Origin: Mobula hypostoma
Taxonomy: Eukaryota
Length of the DNA: 64,000 nt
Reading direction: 5' to 3'
Assembly: GCF_963921235.1 (NCBI RefSeq)
Contig: NC_086108.1
Span: 43,464,001-43,528,000, forward strand
Position 1 is the first letter of the stretch; each line of letters starts with the position of its first letter. A program made the translations under genes and the position numbers. Positions 50,510 through 62,595 of the stretch are shown in pieces. The notes beneath the pieces were generated by a model, which was given only the letters and a program-made list of their open reading frames with translations, was not told the DNA's origin and did not search any database.

Positions 50510-52919
50510 GTACCTCTTCCTAGAGATGCTGCCTGGCCTGCTGCGTTCACCAGCAACTTTGAGGTGTGTTGCTTGAATTTCCAGCATCTGCAGAATTCCT
50601 CGTGTTTATGGAATCTTGAGCAGTTTTCCAGTGACCTAACACTGTTCCTGCCTCGGTTTACGTGTTGTAGAACTCTCACACGTGCCTTTAGTATCTTGTT
50701 CGTAGACATTATCAATGTTTTCCTAGTTCAAAATTCATTTCCAACTAATATTGGTTATCCAGCATTCAGTTGTGTGTTCTTAAAACAAAGAGCCGAGTCC
50801 GTTTCAGTCCTTAGTAGACTTGCTCCAAATTCCGCAAGATCACTTATGCTTGGTTTCAAGTCTTCTTTAGCCTCCTCTTCGATTTTTAAGAGTTACCTAC
50901 AACTCCATCAAATCTCCGTACTCTCTCAATTCTGGCCTCTTGACAGTGGTGAATTTTAATTGCTCTGTTGCCGGGTCTATTTGACCGCTGTCAACCCTCG
51001 GGTCTGGAATTTCCCCCTTAAACCTCCTTGCTTCGCTACTTTATTCATCCCCGTTAATATTAGGTACAATTGGAGATAAAAACCCGAATCTTTCTGGCTG
51101 TATTCTACGGCTGTGAGGACCATCTTTAAGGGAGGGTCCCGATTTACCCCTTAACCAAAACACAGTTAGTTACTAACAGCAGCCACAGGTTTTTTTAAAA
51201 TTACATAACATTTCTTCCACGTCGAATTCGCTTCTGCATTTATTTTGTATTCAAGAAACAAAAAGTAATTGCTAAAGTTTAGGAGATATTTCTCAAAGCG
51301 GGACGTCTTGAATTATTGAAACTCCATGTGACTGCAGGGTAATATCACTACAGGTTAATGTAGTGTTTCTGACAGAGGTACAAAGCTCTGTATTATATGT
51401 CAGCCTCTGTGGGATTATTGACAATAATTTATGAACGAACCCATATCCTCGTATGCAACCAATAATCCTAATTTTGCCTTCCGTTGCGCCACCTAAACTG
51501 TCAACGGAGAATATGGGGCTGCAAAACGGCTAACAGTAGCTGACTTGTTTTCTGAACCCTTCAATAATGTAAAAATTAAATAGTTGAGAAGTGAGTCTGA
51601 GCATGTATATGGTCTCCCACATTAGCATTCACTTTTCCCGCATATTATTTGGAGAGTCGTGCCGCTCTCTGCGGAGGAGATAGGCACCATCTGCCTGCAG
51701 TGTACTTTCCTATCTGTAATGATTTAACTCTTTCTCTTTCAGATAAATCCTGAACCACTTCGTACAGGACATTACTAACAGCAAAGAGGATGTCACTTCT
51801 GATAAAAACCCGCCAAGTATTTGACGAAGTGAGACATGGAATAAGGCTGAGCACCAGGGGAAACCTCTTCCCTACAGTCACCCAGGTGGCTGAGGTGAAT
51901 ACCACGTGCGGCAGCACCGCGATCTTCTGCAGGAAGCACTTGTCTCTATCAACATCTTATCCCTCATATAATAATAGCAAACAGCTTCAATGCAAAAACT
52001 ATCGAATTCTGCCCAAATATCAAAGGCTCCCCTTCTGAAAATTTTTTATCCCTATCGCAGCAATCAAGTCTTTCCTGAACAGTTCAATCACTTTTACAAA
52101 ACAATTTCAACTGTTCAAGTAAAAGAAAACAAGTGCGGCAGTAGAAAACCTCGGGAGTACTCTTAATCCCAATTTAACATTCTGATTTGAGCACTCATTG
52201 AAACCAAGTTCAAACTGAACCACTGACAGGTTATGTCTTAGGTAAATACATTACCAATAATTCTCTTTTTTTTTGAAACATTCCTAATTGTATGTGAGCT
52301 TGCATGTTATCAATAATGTCTGACAATTATTTATCAAAGTCATTAAACTAATGAAAAGAAAATAACAAAAAGTCCAGAAATCTAGGTACTTAGACAACTC
52401 CTGTGAATTCCTTAAACAAATAGATTCAATTTTTAAGAATTGGGAGCCCCTCCTATTGAAGAATCTTCTCACAATTTGCTTTTACACAAAATATCAGCCT
52501 TAGTATCATGACATTAATTTCTCCATAAAGCCAAAAAGTTTGTCATTCTCTCAATGTATAAACTGATACTTCATTGCAGTGTTGAGAGAATGAGGTGATG
52601 CCAATTAACAAATGGTAGTATGACATACATTCACTGCTGTAACAAAGTTGCACTTAATCTTCCAGGGAAATGTTCATCCGAGTTCCAAGGCCTGCCTGAG
52701 GTGTTCTTACCTGTCTGAAATATCATTCATGTTATCCATTTGAACTGCTATTTTTCCTCATTGTTCCTTGTCTGATCACCCTCCTGAGACCTAAGGAATA
52801 GACAGGTCCCTCGGGCCCATTCCAGCATTTAGTGAAATCATAGCTGATAATTCTTTTCAATCCATAGTCCTGCCTTTGTCCTGCATCACTGAATAACTTT
52901 GGTGAACACAAATCTACAA

Positions 52920-53586
52920 ATCGCTCTTAAACTTTTCGATGATTTTAAGTTCCCTGGCCCCCACCGCTTTATTTTCACCTTGGATGTCCAGTCCCTATAT
53001 ACTTCCATCCCCCATCAGGAAGGTCTCAAAGCTCTACGCTTCTTTTTGGATTCCAGACCTAATCAGTTCCCCTCTACCACCACTCTGCTCCGTCTAGCAG
53101 AATTAGTCCTTACTCTTAATAATTTCTCCTTTTGCTCCTCCCATTTCCTCCAAACTAAAGGTGTAGCTATGGGCACCCGTATGGGTCCTAGCTATGCCTG
53201 CCTTTTTGTTGGGTTTGTGGAACAATCTATGTTCCGTGCCTATTCTGGTATCTGTCCCCCACTTTTCCTTCGCTACATCGACGACTGCATTGGCGCTGCT
53301 TCCTGCACGCATGCAGAACTCGTTAACTTTATTAACTTTGCCTCCAACTTTCACCCTGCCCTCAAGTTTACCTGGTCCATTTCTGACACCTCCCTCCCCT
53401 TTCTAGATCTTTCTGTCTCTGTCTCTGGAGACAGCTTATCCACTGATGTCTACTATAAGCCTACTGACTCTCACAACTATCTGGACTATTCCTCTTCTCA
53501 CCCTGTCTCTTGCAAAAACGCCATCCCCTTCTCGCAATTCCTCCGTCTCCGCCGCATCTGCTCTCAGGATGAGGCTTTTCATTCTA
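52920..53586 (+). mobile_element. young Penelope-like RT fragment
   Basis: Open frame with TLDVQSLYTSIP, QTKGVAMGTRMGPSYA, RYIDD, LPFLD and YYKPTDSHNYL. Confidence 0.9.
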
Positions 53587-53960
53587 TCCCTTTCATAATT
53601 ATATTTGTCTCTATAAGATCTCCTCTCATTCTTCTGAATTTCAGCAAGTACAGCCCCAGGCCATTCAATCTCTCTTCATAGTTTAACCCCCTCATCTTTG
53701 GAATCAACCTGGTGAACCACCTCAGCACTGCCTCCAAAGCCAGTATATCTCTCCTCAAGTAAGGAGACCAGAACTGCACACAGTACTCCAGGTTCAGCCT
53801 CACCAGTATCCTGTACAGTTGCAGCATAACCCCCCTGCTCTTAAATTCAATTCCTCTAGCAATGAAGGCCAACATTCCATTTGCCTTCTTGATACCCTGC
53901 TGCACCTGCAAACCAACCTTTTGCGATTCATGCACAAGCGCTCCCAAGTCCTTCTGCACA
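53583..53960 (-). mobile_element. CR1 ORF2 fragment
   Basis: KKANGMLAFIARG..EYCVQFWSPY..RRMRGDLIE. Confidence 0.88.
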
Positions 53961-54023
53961 TACTGAAAGCAATAACTCTCTTGATGCTCTCTTGTCTGAT
54001 TCACAATTAATGTCATCTCCATA

Positions 54024-54903
54024 TGTAATGTCCTGGGTAAGATTTCTACAGCTATGTTGAGAGGTATTTTTATTTTAGTGGTTTTCCATAGAAGTAGTGT
54101 GTCCTGCTAGTAAGAGTGTTTTGGCTTCAGCTAAAGATAAGGATAAAGATATGTTGTCCAACCTAGGAATGTGGTGTCAGCCATTCAGGGTTGTCTTGGT
54201 AGAAGTTGTATCTTTCTGCCCAGTGGAACATCTACGAGTGCTGGATGGGAGCAGACTTCTGAAGGACACTCGTCTGGTTTGGGCTCTTTTTAGTGGGAGT
54301 TGCAGGGTGGGGCATGAGGGAATATGCCGCAGAATGCCGCTCTAAGGAGAGACCCAGTTGTACGAAGTGCTTCGTGCAGATGAATGGCTCCAAGGAGGAA
54401 GGGTCGATATTCCTAAAAGAGCCAATTCATTTGAGATGGTCTTCGAGGGAAGTTCTGACTGTGGAGAGTGCCTTCACACAGACTGTGGGTTCAGCGTGTG
54501 AGCAAAGCGATACACCCAAGTACCCCAGAAATGAGCTCCAGCATTCAAGTGCACAATTATACTGGTTTAACTGTAACGGACCCTTCTAATTTTTCTTTTC
54601 TTTTTCTGTTACTGTTTGTTAAAATTGAACATTTGGTAAATATATTTCGGTTGTAATTTTTTGCCGGTGTACGATCTGTTAATTTTCTGGTAAATGATCA
54701 TTTTGCATGGAGCAGTACTCACACGGCATTCTCCCTGGAACATCCCAACTTTCCTGTATGGTTGAACCCCGAAAGATACCAGCTCTAGATGTATATTGCT
54801 TACGGAAGGTGGCCTTTTCACCGCAGAGTCACGTGGCTGTTAGCAGAGTTAACTAATGAAGTTTGTATATGAACCCAGTGAGAGGGTTGCACTGGCATTT
54901 ACA
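54024..54903. mobile_element. possible solo LTR
   Basis: TGTAATG...CATTTACA inverted termini; no clear TSD. Confidence 0.4.
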
Positions 54904-56345
54904 GCTTTTTAAAAAACTTATGGTCTCATTCAATCTGCTGCATGTAATGGGCTTATTAAAGACACAAATTCTGGTAGAATATTTAACATGCCATATGCTA
55001 AAATAAGAGCAAGGCATATGTAACATTTCCTCGACATCACCTAAAATTATCTGTCTAATCTCTTATTTTAATTAATTGAAATATGTGTTTCCAGCAGAGG
55101 GACATGTTTTAGTGAGGTGGAGATAAAAAAAAATTAAGTGCGATTATTCATTCTGACAAGGTTAACAAATCCCCTGCTGATTAATCTATATTTATCAAAA
55201 TGTGAAAACTTTTTGTTATTCATTTTAACGTTGCTGGTACCCAGATGATTCAATCAAATTAAATCCAAAAGCAAGGATATTATTAGACACTGAACAACTG
55301 GCAGGTTTTGTCTTATATAAATACACGACCAAGAATTCACTATAAGACATTAAATTAAATCAAAAATACAATGTTGGCAGCAGAAGATAATGAAAGATAC
55401 GGACTTGCTAGTTTATTGCTAAAATATGAACACTAGTGCCTAAACAATAAATAGTCAGGACGATTGGAAGCTCCGCCATTCCTTAAGGAGAATGAAATAG
55501 CTCGACAGATTACATGTAGCAGAAATCCTGGAAACCAAAGTGTAGAGGGTGCAAGGAGCGGACAGAGGAGGCTTGTCAACTTGCTGCTAGTCCTGCATGG
55601 GTTCTTCAGTACTTTCAAATCACAGGTACCACAGATACCACTCAGTGAAGAGCCACACACAGGATGAACTCATCAAAGACAGAGAAGGAGCCAATACCCT
55701 CCGGAAGGAGCACATTGAAATAGCAATTACCTCTGTCATTAATGAGAATGTCCTGAATTCCATCTCGCAGCAACTTATCCAGTCCAGCCTTTTTGCTGGT
55801 CCTGACCAGTGAGAAGCAAAGAAGACCGTACACTTGAAAACTGCCTTGGGAGCAGGCAGTAATTTTACATTTCATTTTTCTTTACAGCATAGGAGGAAGC
55901 TATTAGGCCCATCCAGTCTATGCTGGCCCTCATTTTAGTTCCAAGCCAACAAATCCCTGAGACTTGCCTCCACAGAAATTCCACAGTTCAGCTGTGAAGA
56001 GCTCAGTCACAAGTCCACAGCTCAGAACCTGGAGTCCATGCATAAGGAAGAATCAGAGATTCCATGGTAGGGCCACTCTACCTCACAAACTGCCCACCCA
56101 CCCATCCTACTGGCAGCCACCTTCTCTGTCTGTGGAAATTCCGTGCCACCCCCCCCCCCCCCCACTGGCCTCATCAGCAACCCCACAACACACACAACTA
56201 GAGTGGAAATAAGTCAGCCTCATTCCAGAAGGACAGTTGAAGAACATCGTCGATGACTACAAAAAGTTTTAGCGACAGTGACACCGAGATTGCTACTGTG
56301 CTGCTAATGAAGCTGGCACTGTTTGTGATGGCCAAAGTAATACAG

Positions 56346-57356
56346 TTAGATTAGATTAGATTCAACTTTATTGTCATTGTGCTGAGTACAGATACAAAGC
56401 CAATGAAATGCAGTTAGCATCTAACCAGAAATACAAAGAATATTGTTATTTACAAAATAACTGTGAATAAAAAGTAAGTGCTACAGCACACAAATATAAA
56501 AATACTGAGACAGTACAATATGGGTGCAACACTGCTGAGCGCTGTGATGGGAGGTTCAGCAGGGTCATAGCCTCAGGGAAGAAGCTCTTCCTGTGCCTGC
56601 TGGTGTGGGAGTGGAGGCTCCTGTAGTGACTACCAGATGGGAGGAGAGTAAAAAGTCCATGGTTAGGGTGAGATGCATCCCTGATAATGCTTTTTGCCCT
56701 GCCCAGGCAGCGTTTATGGTAGATGTTCTCAATGGTGGGCAATTGGATGCCGATAATCCGCTGGGCAGTTTTCACCACATGCTGAAATGCTTTGCGGTCT
56801 GATACAGGACAATTGCCATACCACACTGAGATGCAGTTGGTGAGTATGCTTTCAATGGTACAGCGGTAAAAGTCCGTCAGTATCTTGGGACAGAGGTGAG
56901 CTTTCTTCATGCTCCGCAGGAAATAAAGATGCTATTGTGCCTTTTTGATCAGGATGGAGGAGTCCAGGGACCAGATGAGATCCTTGGAAATGTGGACACC
57001 AAGGAATCTGAAGCTTGATACATGCTCCACTACAGCTCCGTTGATGTAGATGGGGACGTGAGTATGGCTCCTAGCATGCCTGAAGTCCACAATGATTTCC
57101 TTGGTCTTCTGGGTGTTAAGGGCCAGGTTGTTGTTGGCACACCACATGGCCAGGTGCTGGACCTCGTCCCTGTAGGCCGTCTCGTCATCCCCTCTGATCA
57201 GGCCAACCACCGTGGTGTCGCCTGTGAACTTGATTATGGAGTTAGAACCATGTACAGGAATGCGGTCATAGGTGAAAAGGGTGTACAGAAGAGGGCTCAG
57301 CACACAGCCTTGAGGCATACTGGTGTTCAGGGTGAGAGTGGAGAAGGAGAGGTTGT
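56346..57356 (-). mobile_element. Rex1-clade LINE, 5'-truncated
   Basis: PQGCVLSPLLYTLFTYD, IIKFTGD (decayed FADD), FRFLGVHI; (TTAGA)n tail at about 56346-56361. Confidence 0.88.
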
Positions 57357-58370
57357 TAGCTGCTGGCAGTAGGAATGAGAGTGAATAATTATTTTTTTTC
57401 TCATCAAATTAAGGATGATAGTGTCGGTGGGACAGGAGCATTTAGTCTCTATATCTAATTGCCCTTGAGAAATGGGTGATGAGCTGCTGTCTTGTACTAC
57501 TTCAGTCTTTCCGGAGAAGTTAGCCCTATTCTGCTGTGGGGTTCTCCAGGGTTCTCACTGGTACTATCTTTTCAGGTTAGTTTACTGTGTGTGACCAGGA
57601 GGGGAATCTGTGATGCTGATGTTCCTTTGCATCTGCTCTTGACTCTGTTAGTGGTTTAGGGGTGGGAGGAAAGTATATACAAACTAGAGTAGGTGAATAA
57701 CCACAGTGCATTTTGCAGACTATGTATAATGCAGTCAGGGTGGTGGCGATAGAGGATGCTTACACGTGCAGGGGACATCAGTCAACAAACTGCTTTGCTG
57801 AGGGGGAATTCCAGTTTCTTGAGGGATGCTGGAGCTGCACTACTCCAGTGAAGTGGAGAGTATTTCTGCACTTGCGCCTTGTAAATGGCGGAAAGGAGCA
57901 ACAAACAATCTGCTGGACGGACTCAGCAGAATCTGCAGGAGGAAAGGGATTGCTAATACTTTGGGTCAAACCCCTGCACTAGAACCGAGTCTTGATGCAG
58001 AGCTTACAACCCAAAATGTCGACATTTTCTTTCCTCGCACAGATACTGCTGAGTTCCTCCAGCACATTGTTCATTGATCCTAGTTGCAGCACCTGAAGTC
58101 CCCTGTGTCTCTGGTGAAAAGGCTTCAGCTGACAGGATTTGAGTCACCCACTGCAGGATACCAAAACTCTGATCAGTCTCTGTATTTATGTGACTGATCT
58201 AACTGAGTTTCTGGTCAACGGTGACTGACTATTAATATTGGGGGAACTGGCAACAGTAATGCCATTGAACACCCTGTTGGAGAAATTAGATGCCTACACT
58301 TCTGTGGCACAGAAACGGCATGACTGAAAGTTGCCTTGGTCTTGCTGTATGCAAGCATGGGCTTCTTCAC

Positions 58371-58810
58371 TTGGGAGGAGGGCAGGGTGGACTCCACTGC
58401 TCACAGCACGGGTGGGGAGAGTGTTCCCAGAAGACACACATGCTCACTCAGTGCACTGTTCACCTGGGGGAGGTGGGTGGGGCTGAGGAATTTCCAGACA
58501 ACACAGACGGACATCGGACTGACTGCCACAGTGACATTGCCACCCTCAAGACCAGTGACGGTGCCAATGTCATTGCCATCAATGGACACAGACACTTCCC
58601 GGTCGTTTAGTCCGAGTACCCTTGTCCCTAACAGCCCATGTGCCCCTGTCACTAACAGTTCTGGTGCCCCAGTTACAGTCCTAATATTTATGTGATAAAT
58701 TGCCCCCACACTCCTGTTCCTAACATTGCCTATGCTCTGTCACTAACAGTCCTGCTACCCTATTGCTATCAGACCCAGTGCCCTCTCACAGACAGCCCCA
58801 GAGTTCCTGT
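58371..58810 (-). repeat. diverged inverted copy of the GPR88 upstream region 59690-60155
   Basis: Collinear reverse-complement similarity, for example ACATCGGACTGACTGCC, ACTTCCCGGTCG and GTCCCTAAC. Confidence 0.85.
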
Positions 58811-60192
58811 CACCAATATTCCCAGTATTAGATGGAATTGAATATTGTACAATCATCCCACCTCTGACATAATCATGGAAGGAAGGTGAATGGCTGAAGA
58901 TAAATGGCCCTGGGACACCATCTTCAGGAAATTCTGGAGTGATTCTTGTGGCTAGAATTATTGACCTACGAAAACCATAACTGTCTACAATCATCATGTC
59001 TTGATGCCATTGTCTTAAGTTTTAACAGGGCTCCTTAATGCCACACACTGTCAAACAATGTTTTGATGACAAGGGAGATACTCTCATCTCAGCTCTGGAA
59101 TTAACTCTCTTGGCCCACATTTGGAACAAAGCTGCGAAGAGCGCGGGATCAGCGTGGTCCTGGTCAAAGTCAGACTAGCTATTCATGAGTTTCCACTGAT
59201 GGTAATATTTCTACGTTACTTCACTGGTGACTGAGAGCTGGGAAATTGCCTGATTCTATAACCTACGGACTCACATTTGTGGACTCTACACGCCGTGTTC
59301 TCAGTATTATTTTCATTTGCACGACATGTCTTCTTTTGGACATCGGTTGTTTGTCAGTCTTTGTTTACATATAGTGGTCTGTATGTCTTTATTTTCCTGT
59401 AAATGCCCGCAAGAAAGTGAACCTCAAGGTAGCATATGATGACATATATGTACTTTGATAAAAAATTTACCTTGCTTTTGACTTTTGAATGGATATATCC
59501 TGCTTTTCACCAACAACCTGAAAATGCCCCACTATAACGTGAACAACACAGGCAAAATGCTGGAGGAGGTCAGCGCAGGCAGCATCTATGGAAATGAGTA
59601 AACAGGCGACGTTTCGGGCCGAGGCTTTGGATTTCCAGCTTCTGCAGATTTTCTTGTCTTTGTGATTTCCTACGGTATCCTGTGTAATGCGGAGACTCGG
59701 AGTGTCAGTGAAGAGGTCACTGGGTGTGATAGCAAAGGGTACCAGGACTGTTAGCGACAGAGCACTAGCTATATTAATACAGGGGCTATTTGTTACGTTA
59801 AGTATTGGGTCTGGTTGCAGCTGGAGCACCAGGACTGTTAATGACAGGGGTTAGGGACGAGGGGACTTGCACTAAGCGACCGGGAAGTACCTGTGCCCAT
59901 TGGTGGTAATGACACTGGCACTGAAGCCGGCGACGTTCCTGCGGCAGTCAGTCCGATGTGCATCCGTGTTGCCTGGAACTTCCTCAGCCCCCCAACCCCA
60001 CCCGCCTCCCACCTCCCACCTCCCACCTCCCACCTCCCACCTCCTCAGGTGGAGCGGAGCCCGAGTGCGCACGCGTATCTTCTGGGACCACTCTCTTCAC
60101 CTGTCCTCGGAGCGGTGCAGCCCGACCGCAGCCGCTGCACCCTCCCTCCTCCCAACCCAGCACACCGACAGGACCCGGGTATCCCGTGAGGC

Positions 60193-61191
60193 ATGGGCAA
60201 CTTCTCCAACACTTCAACCTGCTGCGACGGAGCTTCGGGCGGGAACATTCCGTGGGCTGTCACCTACGCGCTGATGGCAGTGGCCGGGAGCACGGCCAAC
60301 TTGCTGGTCATTTACCTGGTATCCTCCGTCAGGAGGCTCCGCAGCACCAGCAACGCCTTCATCGTCAACGTGTGCGCCGCCGACCTGCTGCTCTGCGCGT
60401 TCTGGATGCCCCAGGAGGCTGCAGCTCTGGCGCAGCCGCCGCCCCCGGCCGCCGAGCGGACCATCGCCGGGTCGCTGCTCTGGCTCGGGCTGCTCGCCTC
60501 GCTCTTCTCGCACTCGCTCGTCGCCCTCAACCGCTGCGCGCTGATCACCAAACTGCCGGCGGCTTACCGAGACCTCTACCGGCGGAGGAACGCCGCGGCG
60601 ATGATGGCAGGCTCCTGGCTGGCGGCTGCCTTGCTGCTGCTGCCCTGGCTGGCGGGGCGAGGTGACAACAGCCGCCGCCCGCTCGGGGCTTGCTCCCAGC
60701 TCCCGGTTGTCGGCCCCGCCCTCTCCCGCGGCTGCTCAGCTCCTGCCAGCCCCTATGCCGGTGCCGTTACCGCCGCCGCCATCCTGGCTCAGACCGCCGT
60801 CCTGCTGGGTGCTTACTCCCGAATACTGCGCCGGGTGCAGGTCAGCGCGAAGAGGGTCAGCGTCCTCAACTTCCAGATCATTAGCAACCTGCCCTACCCG
60901 TTCGCTAGGAAGGACAGGAGGTCCCGCTTCTCCGTCTCCTTCGTCCTGTGCGCCTTCCTGCTGAGCACCGAGCCGTTTCTGTGGGTGCTGCTCTTCGGGC
61001 TGTTTCAGCCGGTGTCCACCGCCCTCTCCAACCTCGCCTGGCTGCTCTTCACCCTGCTCTTCGTGCTGAGCCCCTACCTGTACACCCGCAAAAACGAGGA
61101 GTTCAAGAAGTCCCTGCGAACTCTCCTCGGCATCGAGCTCGTCAGAGAGCCGACGGGGGTCGAGCCGGCCATCCAGGCGGTATCGCGATGA
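60193..61191 (+). CDS. GPR88: orphan class A G-protein-coupled receptor 88, 332 aa, single coding exon
   Basis: Seven hydrophobic segments. VIYLVSS.R.L.TSNAFIVN.CAADL, WMPQEA, SH.LVALNR, VS.KRVSVLNF and NEEF match GPR88. Good Kozak context (GGCATGG). Lies downstream of CDC14A as in human. Confidence 0.96.
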   Translation: MGNFSNTSTCCDGASGGNIPWAVTYALMAVAGSTANLLVIYLVSSVRRLRSTSNAFIVNVCAADLLLCAFWMPQEAAALAQPPPPAAERTIAGSLLWLGLLASLFSHSLVALNRCALITKLPAAYRDLYRRRNAAAMMAGSWLAAALLLLPWLAGRGDNSRRPLGACSQLPVVGPALSRGCSAPASPYAGAVTAAAILAQTAVLLGAYSRILRRVQVSAKRVSVLNFQIISNLPYPFARKDRRSRFSVSFVLCAFLLSTEPFLWVLLFGLFQPVSTALSNLAWLLFTLLFVLSPYLYTRKNEEFKKSLRTLLGIELVREPTGVEPAIQAVSR

Positions 61192-61397
61192 CCCTGTCAC
61201 CTCAAGCCGGAGACAGGGGCGGCCCAAAGCCCGAGCCGTGCAGAAACTTCTCACTGGATCAACAGTGCCACGGATTCAAGCTCGCCGGAGTGTGAAAGAC
61301 CGTGTTAATAATGTACTATGAAAAAAGTGGGGTACTTCCTCGACGGCGGTGACCCGCGTGGGGTCTGCCCGAGGTCAGGTCCAATTTGGTGTGCCAC

Positions 61398-61400
<3 letters not shown>

Positions 61401-61438
<38 letters not shown>
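61401..61438. repeat. (GT)19 microsatellite
   Basis: Perfect dinucleotide run. Confidence 0.98.
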
Positions 61439-61439
<1 letters not shown>

Positions 61440-62024
61440 GTGCGTCAGGTTTATGTTGGACAGCGCCTGACTTTTCTGACATTGTTCTGATTCCGTTTCA
61501 ATCGCGGGGCCGGGGTGAGGTCGGCTCGATTGGCCCACTCCTCATCACCTTTGATTTGAGCGGCTCTAGCGGCAGGCAATGAAGAGTTACCACATTGGTT
61601 TCTGGTGTGGAATCACACGGCAGTCGTCCTCCCGGTGAGGCAACATTGTACCGTATTTTAAATACAGTTCGGTAGTTTCATGGTCATCTTTACTCGCATG
61701 TTCCAGATTTATTTATTTAATGTATTTTTAAACCTCAGCTGCCATGGTCGTTTAAAACTCATGCCAAAAGATCACTAATTCGGGTCTGGGCAGTTACCTA
61801 CTGATCGAATTACTGAGCCACCCGTGCCTTAGTGTACTTTTAATTGTTAACCAACTTTCCCAGAGTAGATCCACGCAAAGCCCAGACATTTTAATAGCAG
61901 CGGGCCCTCTTTGAATTTGCCTTGACATTTAGACAGGTGTGGGGAAGATAACGGAACCACATCACTAGATAGCACACGCGATTAGTAATTCGTTTATTAT
62001 CGTCACCACGTACAGAGATACAGT

Positions 62025-62595
62025 TGGCCTCCTCTACTGTCGAGATGAAGTCACACATTTTAATTCCACATCCCATTCTGATATGTGAATCCACGGCCTC
62101 CTCTACTGTAGAGATGAAGCCACACTCAGGTTGGAGGAACAACACCTTATATCCCGTCTGGGTAGCCTCCAACCTGATGGCAGTTTCTCTAACTTCCGTT
62201 AATGCCCCTCATCCCCTTATATAGATATAAAATTTCCTTTTTTTCCCCTCTCTCACTTTTTTCTCTCTCTGTCCCTCTCACTATAACTCCTTGCCCATCC
62301 TCTGGGCTCCCCTCTCCCTTTCTTTCTCCCAAGACTTCCCGTCCCATGATCCTCTCCCTTCTCCAGCCTTGTATCCCTTTTGCCAATCAACTTTACAGCT
62401 CTTGGCTCCACCCCTCCCCCTCCTGTCTTCTCCTATCATTTCAGATCTCCCCTTCCCCCTCCCACTTCCAAATCCCTTACTAGCTCTTCTTTCAATTCGT
62501 CCTGACGAAGGGTCTTGGCCCGAAATGTCGACTGTACCTCTTCCTATAGATGCTGCCTGGCCTGCTGCGTCCACCAGCATTTTTATGTGTGTTGC
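62025..62595 (+). mobile_element. Penelope-like 3' fragment + pLTR
   Basis: Matches the reverse complement of 32322-32880; hammerhead motif at 62499-62533; small internal duplication (62025 vs 62094). Confidence 0.85.

Larger units (their letters stand above)
50009..50605. mobile_element. Penelope-like insertion with inverted terminal segments and 17-bp TSD
   Basis: TTATGGAATCTTGAGCA at 49992-50008 and 50606-50622. Inverted arms at about 50005-50174 and 50405-50573. Confidence 0.9.
59680..61660. promoter_or_regulatory. CpG island over GPR88
   Basis: Sharp rise in GC and CpG density relative to the AT-rich flanks (by eye). Confidence 0.8.

Noticed and set aside
52899..53681. 260-aa ORF as a domesticated RT or telomerase-like gene
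   Set aside because: Truncated Penelope fragment with no proper start, running into CR1.
59958..61295. Alternative-frame and antisense ORFs over GPR88
   Set aside because: Expected shadows of a GC-rich coding sequence.
61707..61719. AU-rich element in the GPR88 3' UTR
   Set aside because: Appears to lie within a degenerate SINE-like remnant, and the UTR extent is unknown.
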